In this document: piece by piece, positions 21,552-29,121 of the stretch | Layout: each line of letters starts with the position of its first letter | Numbering within the stretch: position 1 is the stretch's first letter | Assembly: GCA_963801815.1 (NCBI GenBank) | Contig: CAWDGJ010000006.1 | Location: 94,416-158,415, forward strand | Length of the DNA: 64,000 bases | Source: an uncultured Verrucomicrobiae bacterium | Lineage (GTDB): Bacteria > Verrucomicrobiota > Verrucomicrobiia > Chthoniobacterales > UBA10450 | Direction: 5' to 3' | Notes under the pieces: generated by a model | What the model saw: the letters and a program-made list of their open reading frames with translations, nothing else | The model's database searches: none | Told to the model about the DNA's origin: nothing | Made by a program: the position numbers and the translations under genes

Positions 21552-21616
21552 AACCGGATTAGGTCCAAAATTCACGCCTTTAAAGGCGCAATTTTTGGAT
21601 CTACTTCTCGTTAGAC
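21552..21616 (+). other. array-1 leader hairpin plus first core site (candidate attI-equivalent)
   Basis: AAC-CGGAT-TAGGTCCAAAA...TTTTGGATCTA-CTTCTC-GTTAGAC; same architecture at 51647-51711. Confidence 0.7.
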
Positions 21617-21619
21617 CTC

Positions 21620-22024
21620 ATGCGCTCACTGTTTGTTAAAGGTCTCATGTCTGCGACGCTGTTTAGGCTCGGCGTCGGTTCCATTCGCGGCCTGATGAGT
21701 GGTTCACCTGACGGCTGGCCCGAACTAATCTTTAGCCTCGCCTGCGTGCTCGCGTTGCCACTCGCGTTCCTGTTGTTCACAGACAGCCGGGTAGTGGCAC
21801 GCATCGCTCTGATCGTGCTCGCTGCCGCAGCTGTGCTCCAAGTTGCGACGGTGCTCCTAGCCTTGGCGACACATCAACAGCCTCCTGTGCGCTGGTCAAC
21901 CGAGCTGGAGTTAGCACTCGTCTATGCGTTTCCGTGTGTCGTAGCATTCGTAGTGGACAAGCGAGATGCAAACATGAGGTCTAACCAATCGCTGGAGCCA
22001 ACCGCGAGCCGTTCCGATGTCTAG
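21620..22024 (+). CDS. cassette A1: membrane hypothetical protein
   Basis: About 4 TM helices; ATG 3 nt after the core site; runs into attC. Confidence 0.7.
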   Translation: MRSLFVKGLMSATLFRLGVGSIRGLMSGSPDGWPELIFSLACVLALPLAFLLFTDSRVVARIALIVLAAAAVLQVATVLLALATHQQPPVRWSTELELALVYAFPCVVAFVVDKRDANMRSNQSLEPTASRSDV

Positions 22025-22102
22025 CTTTATGTCGATCTTACACACATTGTTTGCTGCCGTGCCCACTCCCGCTCGCGGTCGCTCAACTTGTTCTCGTTAG
22101 AT
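21979..22102 (+). repeat. attC-like site A1
   Basis: GTCTAAC CAATC GCTGGAGC ... GCTCAAC TTGTTCTC GTTAGAT. Confidence 0.9.
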
Positions 22103-22114
22103 TCTTTGCTCATC

Positions 22115-22864
22115 GTGAGATCATTCATTGCGGTTATCTGGTTACTCTCGATTTCTATAGCCAAGGCGACCGAACCCACATTATCTCTCTATCCCCTGTC
22201 CGGTTCCGTCTATGTGGCTGAGGACTCACACTACGCGAAAACAAACTACGTTGTTTATATCGGCTCATCGTCGGTCACGGTCGTCGGCGCAGGATGGTCT
22301 CCCGACACCGCGGAATTGCTCGCTCACGAAATCAGGAAGGTGACTAATAAGCCAATCAATGATGTCATTCTGCCCGATCACGACCCCGAATACGCGGGAG
22401 GCAGCGCCTACTGGAAGGGCATTGGTGCGAACATCGTTTCGACGAAGTTGACCGAACAGACGCTTGAAAAAGATTGGACTAAAGCAGGCGATTTTACCCG
22501 CAAGTTTTTTCCGACTTATCCGAGTCTGCCATTAATTCTTCCGACGAAAACCTACGAAGCGGACTTTACGCTTCAGAACGGCGATATTCGCGGATTTTAC
22601 CTTGGAGCTTCACACAACGCAGACGATATCTTTGTTTACTTTCCGAAGGAAAAGGTTCTGTACGCTGGCTCGATTTTGAAAGAACACCTTGGCAATCTCG
22701 CTTTTGCCAATCTCGAAGAATATCCCAAGACCCTGGAAAGGCTTCGGCAGCAGCATCTCTAGATTGATAAGATCATTTCCGGCCACTGGTCGGCGGTACA
22801 TGGCCCCGAATTGATTGCGCAATATTTAACGTTGTTAAAAGAGCATTCCGAACCAGGACACTAG
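22115..22864 (+). pseudogene. cassette A2: CphA-like subclass B2 metallo-beta-lactamase homologue with in-frame TAG at 22760-22762
   Basis: Colinear with CphA as recalled (VTVVGAGWSPDTA, AGGSAYWKGIGA, IFVYFPKEKVLY, ILKEHLGNL); homology continues past the stop (IISGHWSAVHGPELI). Confidence 0.8.
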
Positions 22865-22875
22865 GCTTGATCAGA

Positions 22876-23000
22876 ATCTAACCACGCGATGCAGCGAACC
22901 GCGAGCCGCTGCGCGGCAAGTAAAAAGTAAAAATTATGAAGTATGAAGTGAAAGCAACGTCCGCCGCTGCTCGCGGTCGCTCATCTTGTTCTCGTTAGGT
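22876..23000 (+). repeat. attC-like site A2
   Basis: ATCTAAC CACGC GATGCAGC ... GCTCATC TTGTTCTC GTTAGGT. Confidence 0.9.
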
Positions 23001-23002
23001 CT

Positions 23003-23506
23003 ATGACGCGCATCCTCGTCGCCATGTTTTGCGCCGCCGCTGCTCTCGCACGAGCGCAACAAGGTGCCACTGAGGGCATGCCATTTGGTCGCATGGACGA
23101 TGCAGATGTTGATCGTCTTCAGGAATTCGCGCTAAAGCGCGGCTTTGACCTCAAGGCAGAAATGGCGCGCGTGTATGAAAAGAAAATGGACGAAGACGCG
23201 CTGGGGCGCGTCTTCATCTTCTCGCGGCAGTTCAACACGCTGGACAAGAACGCGCGAACTTACGGCCAGATCATCTACAGCAGCCTCCTGAACATGGGCG
23301 AAGCTATTGGAGTCGATCGCTATACCAAGATCATTGATCGCCAGCCTCCCGATGTTCAGCAGCGCGTTAGAGATTTTCTTTACTACCCGGATTGGCACGC
23401 GCACCGTAACGAGAGCCGCAAACTCTACGAGCGTGTTTACCCCGGTCTTTATCCTCAGAATTACCAGTTTGGACACGATGATCCGATTTTCGCCAAAGAG
23501 ACCTAA
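23003..23506 (+). CDS. cassette A3: secreted hypothetical protein
   Basis: Signal peptide; TAA stop lies inside R''. Confidence 0.8.
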   Translation: MTRILVAMFCAAAALARAQQGATEGMPFGRMDDADVDRLQEFALKRGFDLKAEMARVYEKKMDEDALGRVFIFSRQFNTLDKNARTYGQIIYSSLLNMGEAIGVDRYTKIIDRQPPDVQQRVRDFLYYPDWHAHRNESRKLYERVYPGLYPQNYQFGHDDPIFAKET

Positions 23507-23623
23507 CCAAGCGCTGGAGCGAACGGCGGACCGCTCCGCGATTATATTTGAGATGACTTCCACACATTCACGCCGAGCGATGCACGCTTTCGTCCGCCGT
23601 CGCTTATCTTGGTCTCGTTAGAT
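23501..23623 (+). repeat. attC-like site A3
   Basis: ACCTAAC CAAGC GCTGGAGC ... GCTTATC TTGGTCTC GTTAGAT. Confidence 0.9.
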
Positions 23624-23626
23624 CTT

Positions 23627-24289
23627 ATGCGCTGCTCGTTGCATTTGGTCATGGCGATGCAGGTGCTACTCTTGGCCGGTTGTGCTACCCAGCCTCCTCA
23701 GCCGCCAAAGATTGCAGGTGCCGCGTCCGCCGGTGCAGCCGAATTAAAAATCACGCAGGACATCATTCCCCCAGGAAAATGCGGACGTCCCTTGCATCGG
23801 CCGATGCGTCCGACATTTATTACTATTCATTCGACCGACAATACGTCTCGTAGCGCCGACGCATTGCATAACGCACTCGCCATGAAGAAAGGGCTCCGAG
23901 GCCGTCACAATCGCACTGGATTTCTCACCTGGCATTTCACTGTGGACGATCATTCCATTTACCAAAGCCTGCCGACTAACGAAACTGGAGAGCATGCTGA
24001 TTACGAAGGCCCGGGAAACAGGTCGTCCATCGGGATCGAAATGTGTGTGAACCGGGGCAACAATATTGCCATCACCATCGACCGCACCGCGCAACTCACA
24101 GCCAAACTGATGCGTCAGTATGATATCCCTCTCAATCATGTTGTCCCGCATATGCACTGGCGCAGGGTCCGCTACAGTGACGGCCGCGACGAGGGGTTCA
24201 AACAATGCCCAAGAATCCTGCTGGATGGCGGTCGCCTTGGTCCAAAATGGAGCGCATTCATGGCCAAAGTCTCCTTTTATGCACGATGA
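23627..24289 (+). CDS. cassette A4: N-acetylmuramoyl-L-alanine amidase (Amidase_2) lipoprotein
   Basis: LAGC lipobox; ITIHST, WHFTVDD, GNRSSIGIEMC, VVPH and KQCP motifs. Confidence 0.85.
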   Translation: MRCSLHLVMAMQVLLLAGCATQPPQPPKIAGAASAGAAELKITQDIIPPGKCGRPLHRPMRPTFITIHSTDNTSRSADALHNALAMKKGLRGRHNRTGFLTWHFTVDDHSIYQSLPTNETGEHADYEGPGNRSSIGIEMCVNRGNNIAITIDRTAQLTAKLMRQYDIPLNHVVPHMHWRRVRYSDGRDEGFKQCPRILLDGGRLGPKWSAFMAKVSFYAR

Positions 24290-24356
24290 AGTCAGGGGAA
24301 CGACGTCAGCTCCGGCTCCTCCATTTGGGCACAATGATCCTGTTTTTGCAAAAGAG

Positions 24357-24461
24357 ACCTAACCAATCGATGAAGCCAATCCCGCCACTTGCGTTGAGCG
24401 CTGGGAGAAATGCTGAGTTTTGTTTCAAGTGGCGGGATGGCTTATCTCTTTCTCGTTAGGT
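24357..24461 (+). repeat. attC-like site A4
   Basis: ACCTAAC CAATC GATGAAGC ... GCTTATC TCTTTCTC GTTAGGT. Confidence 0.9.
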
Positions 24462-24504
24462 CTCATTTCATTAGGAGTAGAAAACAACAAATGACAAACT
24501 GAAT

Positions 24505-24780
24505 ATGAAACTGAACATTAAGGCATTCGCGTTGACATGCGGCACAGTCTGGGCGGTGGGGTTGTTTCTCCTCACCTGGTGGCTCATCGCGTTTGACGGT
24601 GCCACTGGAGAACACACATTCATAAGCAAGCTCTATATTGGTTATACAGTGTCTCCAATTGGGAGCGTGATCGGACTGGTATATGCATTTTTCGATGCTT
24701 TGATTGGTGGCGTTATCTTTGCATGGCTCTACAACAAGATGGCAGATGGTGGTGAAGATGAGAAGCCGAGCCAACCTTGA
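24505..24780 (+). CDS. cassette A5: small membrane protein resembling a family often annotated as holin
   Basis: MKLNIKAFAL...LYIGY...GS.IGLVYAFFD..IGG.IFAWLYN pattern, 2 TM helices. Confidence 0.6.
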   Translation: MKLNIKAFALTCGTVWAVGLFLLTWWLIAFDGATGEHTFISKLYIGYTVSPIGSVIGLVYAFFDALIGGVIFAWLYNKMADGGEDEKPSQP

Positions 24781-24781
24781 T

Positions 24782-24902
24782 GCCTAACCATGCGCAGGAG
24801 CTAACGACCGCCCGGACCGTGTTTCCTTCTCCATGGCTACTTCCTTTCACTGCATTTCACGCTCGCTCTCGGCGGCCGTAGCTCAGATTGTTCTCGTTAG
24901 GT
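24782..24902 (+). repeat. attC-like site A5
   Basis: GCCTAAC CATGC GCAGGAGC ... GCTCAGA TTGTTCTC GTTAGGT. Confidence 0.85.
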
Positions 24903-24911
24903 GTTAACGCT

Positions 24912-25454
24912 ATGAAGTCGCGAATCATTCTTAGCCTGCTCTTGGCAGCCTTTGTGCCGGCGCTTTCTAACGCGAGTGGCCTTGGGCCGTGGCAGTTCGG
25001 TATGTCGAAGTCGCAGGTCGCCAGTCTCAAAGAGTTCGGGCCTTACGAGAGCTTCTCGAACGGTGATTTGGAGACCTACAACTGGAGATTCCATGGGCAC
25101 AAGGCTAATGTTCAATTCTTCTTTCAGGGTGAGCGCCTCCGGCGCATCGGCGTCTATCTGTATGAGGGCACAGATCCCAAAGGAAGCATTCCTGCGTGGC
25201 GCATCGCGTACGACGCGCTGCACAAAGACTTCGGCAGCGTGAGCACGCCAGACCTTAGAAATAAAAACGGTGGCCCTGTGAACCCGGACGTTCTTGCAAT
25301 CGGGGAGGCAATGAATGCCGACGTTACAGGCGAAAGCAGGTTCGTGCCAGCTAAGCAACCGGCGAACATGCATGTGTTTGCCCGCGGCTGGACTGGTATT
25401 GTGCAGGGCAAGAAGTGGTATTACCTCGCCGTTTTTTACGACCAAAACACCTAA
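24912..25454 (+). CDS. cassette A6: secreted hypothetical protein
   Basis: Signal peptide; WQFGMSKSQV; stop in the R'' remnant. Confidence 0.75.
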   Translation: MKSRIILSLLLAAFVPALSNASGLGPWQFGMSKSQVASLKEFGPYESFSNGDLETYNWRFHGHKANVQFFFQGERLRRIGVYLYEGTDPKGSIPAWRIAYDALHKDFGSVSTPDLRNKNGGPVNPDVLAIGEAMNADVTGESRFVPAKQPANMHVFARGWTGIVQGKKWYYLAVFYDQNT

Positions 25455-25466
25455 TTCTCGTTAGAC
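25449..25466 (+). repeat. collapsed attC site A6 (18 bp)
   Basis: ACCTAA joined directly to TTCTC GTTAGAC. Confidence 0.8.
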
Positions 25467-25468
25467 CC

Positions 25469-25837
25469 ATGCGTGTGGTATTAGCGTGCCTTAGCCTGTT
25501 CGCCTTGGCGACGCTGACTTCGTGTGCCACCACGCATCCTTTGTTCACGGGTCTCACTGCAATACCGTCATCCTCCGCTGAGGAGATTCTCAGTGTTTCG
25601 CGAGCGAAGTTGCAGTCTATCGCGCGCACCGCTTACGTTTTCCGCGTTCATTGCGACCCAGATTCACACGGCAGAGATGTTTTCGTCTATTATCGTACCG
25701 GTGTTGGACCTGCTCGACATCTCCTCTTGCGATCGATTCGCGGGCACTGGCGCGTTATCGAAGCTCCGCAGAAGATCGACATTTCACTTCCACCTGAGAT
25801 TATTATCACAAGTGTGTCTGGAACATTATGGGTCTAA
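25469..25837 (+). CDS. cassette A7: hypothetical lipoprotein
   Basis: LTSC lipobox; stop inside R''. Confidence 0.7.
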   Translation: MRVVLACLSLFALATLTSCATTHPLFTGLTAIPSSSAEEILSVSRAKLQSIARTAYVFRVHCDPDSHGRDVFVYYRTGVGPARHLLLRSIRGHWRVIEAPQKIDISLPPEIIITSVSGTLWV

Positions 25838-25927
25838 CCAATCGATGAAGCCAACCGCCCCATTGCGATGCAACTTCAGCGAAGTTGTTGCAGCACCCTG
25901 CGGTGGCTTATCTCTTTCTCGTTAGGC
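25832..25927 (+). repeat. attC-like site A7
   Basis: GTCTAAC CAATC GATGAAGC ... GCTTATC TCTTTCTC GTTAGGC. Confidence 0.9.
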
Positions 25928-25934
25928 CCATCGC

Positions 25935-26957
25935 ATGAAGCGTCTTCTCGTCACCATCCTTATTGTTGTTGCAGTTCTTGTGGCGGCCCTTGGACTCGCG
26001 ATCGCACTTGGCGGACCGGGCAAGGCGCCGCCGCCAATGTCGAGCATTAGCGACCCTTTCAAGAACGTGGATTTCTCCGATCTACCGGAAGCAAGGTACG
26101 TTACGGCTCGCGATGGCACTAAGCTCGCCTTTCGGGCCTACCCGGCTGTAGGTGGCGGGGTCAAAGGCAGCGTGGTACTCGTGCACGGCTCGTCTGCCAG
26201 TAGCAGCAGCATGCACCTAATGGCAAAGGGATTTGCCGCCGCTGGCTATGCAGCTTACACGCTGGACGTCCGCGGACACGGAAAATCAGGCATGAAAGGC
26301 CACATCGCCTATATCGGACAGTTGGAGGACGACCTCGAAGACTTTGTCCATTCGACCAAATTGGCTCAGCCTTCCACGCTCGCCGGATTCTCTTCCGGCG
26401 GCGGATTTGTGCTTCGCTTCGCGGGCAGTCCACGTCAGGAACTATTCTCCAACTATCTTCTTCTTTCTCCGTGGATTAGTCAGGACGCAGCAACGTTGCG
26501 TCCGGGCAACGGCGGCTGGGCTACCGTGGGGGTTCCGCGCATCATCGCGATCGCCGTGCTAAACGGGTTTGGAATGCACGCGTTTGACGACCTGCCGGTG
26601 GTCAGATTCGCAGTCGACGAGAGGGACAAAGGCTTGCTCACCCCGCAATATTCCTTCGCCCTCGCACAGAACTTCAGGCCTGAGCGCGATTACCAGGCAA
26701 ACATTCGAGCGGTTAGGCAACCCCTTCGGGTACTCGTAGGTCAAAACGATGACGTGTCGTACGCCGATCGGTTTGCAGCCGTTTTCAAGACAGCTGGCAA
26801 AGATGTTCCTGTTACAGTTCTTCCGGGGATCGACCACATCTCACTCACACTTGATCCAGTCGCCGTCCAAGCGGCAGTCGCGGCGGTCGAAAGCATGGAT
26901 CAGGAAAATCCTAACCAGGCGATGGAGCCAACCCGCGAGCCGCTGCGCGGCAAGTAA
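25935..26957 (+). CDS. cassette A8: alpha/beta hydrolase
   Basis: VLVHGS, DVRGHG and GFSSGG nucleophile elbow; runs into attC. Confidence 0.88.
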   Translation: MKRLLVTILIVVAVLVAALGLAIALGGPGKAPPPMSSISDPFKNVDFSDLPEARYVTARDGTKLAFRAYPAVGGGVKGSVVLVHGSSASSSSMHLMAKGFAAAGYAAYTLDVRGHGKSGMKGHIAYIGQLEDDLEDFVHSTKLAQPSTLAGFSSGGGFVLRFAGSPRQELFSNYLLLSPWISQDAATLRPGNGGWATVGVPRIIAIAVLNGFGMHAFDDLPVVRFAVDERDKGLLTPQYSFALAQNFRPERDYQANIRAVRQPLRVLVGQNDDVSYADRFAAVFKTAGKDVPVTVLPGIDHISLTLDPVAVQAAVAAVESMDQENPNQAMEPTREPLRGK

Positions 26958-27034
26958 AAAGTAAAAATTATGAAGTATGAAGTAGAAGCAACGCCCGCCG
27001 CCGCTCGCGGTCGCTCAGCTTGTTCTCGTTAGGT
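26909..27034 (+). repeat. attC-like site A8 (near-identical to A2)
   Basis: TCCTAAC CAGGC GATGGAGC ... GCTCAGC TTGTTCTC GTTAGGT. Confidence 0.9.
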
Positions 27035-27045
27035 CTTTAACGCGC

Positions 27046-27447
27046 ATGAACCTTCGCACAGTTGAAATCAAAGCATTCGTTCCGGCCTCGGATTTCGAGC
27101 GTTCAAAGCAATTTTATCTTGCTCTTGGATTCGAAGTGCCGTGGTCATCGGAAAGCCTCGCCTACGTCCGCTATGGCCAAACGACCTTTTTGCTACAAGC
27201 TTTCAATCATCCGAAGTTCATCAATAATTTCCAGATGCACCTTCAAGTCGAGAACGTCGACGACTGGCACGCACACGTTATGGCTTCTGGCGTAGCAGAT
27301 CGCTTCGGCACCAAAGTCGATCCGCCGCAGAATCAACCGTGGGGTATGAGAGACTTCCCGCTCGTCGATCCTAGTGGCGTCTTGTGGCGCGTCGCCCAAA
27401 ACACTCCTTCTTCCTCAACTGGTGTGCAGCCGTCGTCGAAGACCTAA
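27046..27447 (+). CDS. cassette A9: VOC/glyoxalase/bleomycin-resistance family protein
   Basis: FVPASDFERSKQFYLALGF, QPWGMRDF.LVDPSG. Confidence 0.88.
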   Translation: MNLRTVEIKAFVPASDFERSKQFYLALGFEVPWSSESLAYVRYGQTTFLLQAFNHPKFINNFQMHLQVENVDDWHAHVMASGVADRFGTKVDPPQNQPWGMRDFPLVDPSGVLWRVAQNTPSSSTGVQPSSKT

Positions 27448-27623
27448 CCATGCGATCCAGCCAACGGCTGGCCGCCTTTGAGGAAAGGATGAGGGATGAA
27501 TTATGAAGGATGAAACTCAAGGGACGCTCATTGACTCCTTCGCTCCCGCTCAGTCGGTCGCATCACCATGCGACCAATGCAGTCCATCCGGCGGCTTCCC
27601 AGCACGCCATATTCTCGTTAGGC
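27442..27623 (+). repeat. attC-like site A9 with disrupted right arm
   Basis: ACCTAAC CATGC GATCCAGC ... about 45 extra nt ... TTCTC GTTAGGC. Confidence 0.75.
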
Positions 27624-27651
27624 GGTGTAGAGCCACTTGCAGCCACTACTT

Positions 27652-28123
27652 ATGCAATCGAAAAAACTAAACCGCGGTTTCGCCGCGATCGGGATACTGC
27701 TGACATCCTGCGCAAGCTCGTACCAAATGTACCTCGGGACGCACGCTTCCAAACAATGCGGTCGCCATTTTGAGACAATCAGGTGGCGGTCCTGCCATGG
27801 TCATGTCCGTGGACGGCAAACCTTATGACGGAGGATTTACCTATGCGGGGATCGGTTATAACAAGTGGGAACTTTTGCCTGGTAAACATCAGGTCAAAGT
27901 GGATATGCGGGCTTTTAGTGGCGACTCACGCTCTTCCGGTCCCCAGACGGTGACGTTCACTGCCGCGGCGGGTCAAGTTTACGACGTATCCTGCACCACC
28001 ACAGTTCTTCAGCGTTCCGGCAATCTCTTCCTCGGTTACAAGGAACTTAGTTCCTGGAAGCCGGTGATCATTCTGCAGCATCCGGTAACAGACGCGGATA
28101 GAGTGAAGGCGAATCGCCTATGA
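27652..28123 (+). CDS. cassette A10: hypothetical lipoprotein (frameshift near 27740)
   Basis: LTSC lipobox in one frame; beta-rich body (ELLPGKHQVKV, FTAAAGQVY) in another. Confidence 0.6.
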
Positions 28124-28186
28124 TGCATAACCAAAGCCTATCCAATCATTGATGTTTGGTGTAAGGCGAATCAGGCGGGGGCGAGA

Positions 28187-28975
28187 ATGAATGGAACCAT
28201 TATTACATCGAGCCTAATTTTCATATCGCTTGGCATTGGTCACGCAGAGTCCTTCGACAATTTAGCTCAAGCTCTCGTATCCCCGGAAAAAGTTACGAGT
28301 CTGTCGATCAACGAATCTGACTCCAATCTGAAACACCTGCCTCCAAAGCTAGGTACCTTAATAAACCTGAATGAATTGGAAATTTCCTGCCTGGAAAACC
28401 TTGAGGAACTCCCAGTCGAGATCGGACAACTGAAGAAGTTAGAAAAACTAATTATTGATAACGGAAACGGGTGCCAAATGAATGTTTCCATTCCGGCATC
28501 GATTGGAGAACTCACCAATCTAAAAGTTTTACGATTGTTTGGCGCGCTAGATCCGGGAGAAGGTGGATCGTCGGCCCCAGGACCAAGTTCTGAAATCAAA
28601 CCATTGCCAACAACAATTGCAAAACTTCAAAACCTTGAAGAGTTGGATTTGGGAAGAAATCGTCTGGAAACTGTTCCACCAGAAATCGCAAATCTAAAAA
28701 ACTTGAAGAAATTAGGATTGGACTACAACAACCTTCACGATATCCCATCGTTCATCGGTGAACTGAAGAGTCTCCGGGAACTTTCCATAAGCTCAAACGG
28801 TGGTGTCAAGCTACCCCAATCCCTATCGAAGCTTTCCGGGCTGAAGATTTCAATGGGTAATAACTATCTTAAGTTGAAGGACCAAGAGGAGCTCAGACGC
28901 CAGTTTCCCAGCGCAACTTTCGATTTTGAAAATGAATATGACGACGATGCTGCAAATGAGGAGTCGGCGGAATGA
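28187..28975 (+). CDS. leucine-rich repeat protein (probable degenerate cassette A11)
   Basis: LP.EIGQLKKLEKL and L.ELDLGRNRL repeats; more AT-rich than the core genes. Confidence 0.88.
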   Translation: MNGTIITSSLIFISLGIGHAESFDNLAQALVSPEKVTSLSINESDSNLKHLPPKLGTLINLNELEISCLENLEELPVEIGQLKKLEKLIIDNGNGCQMNVSIPASIGELTNLKVLRLFGALDPGEGGSSAPGPSSEIKPLPTTIAKLQNLEELDLGRNRLETVPPEIANLKNLKKLGLDYNNLHDIPSFIGELKSLRELSISSNGGVKLPQSLSKLSGLKISMGNNYLKLKDQEELRRQFPSATFDFENEYDDDAANEESAE

Positions 28976-29121
28976 TTTGCCTTCTAAGCAAAGTAGAGAG
29001 TTGAGAGTTGAGGGTTTTATCCGCGCTTGCCACGTCCGTAGCTTCAGCGAAGGCGGGTAATCCGCGGTTAAATATCTTTCTAATTGTCGATCTTTGAGCG
29101 ACCGATTAAATCTCGGTCCTT

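Larger units (their letters stand above)
21552..28975 (+). mobile_element. integron-like gene cassette array 1 (CALIN-like; 10 clear cassettes plus a probable 11th)
   Basis: Co-oriented single ORFs separated by RYYTAAC...GTTAGRY imperfect palindromes; no intI adjacent. Confidence 0.92.

Noticed and set aside
22088..22114. ORF-track starts such as MFSL/MVSL (22088, 23609, 24888) and long antisense ORFs (e.g. 35762-37336, 41379-42656)
   Set aside because: The former are TTG codons inside the attC spacer; the latter are shadows of well-supported genes on the other strand.
22760..22762. TAG recoding (pyrrolysine or readthrough) in the MBL cassette
   Set aside because: TAG is used as a normal stop elsewhere in the window and no pyl genes are seen; a point mutation or read error is simpler.
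23627..24780. Prophage lysis module
   Set aside because: There are no phage structural or replication genes, and each gene has its own attC.
21979..27623. Recurrent repeats as a CRISPR array
   Set aside because: The units are about 100-180 bp, variable and separated by whole genes, and no cas genes are present; they fit attC sites.
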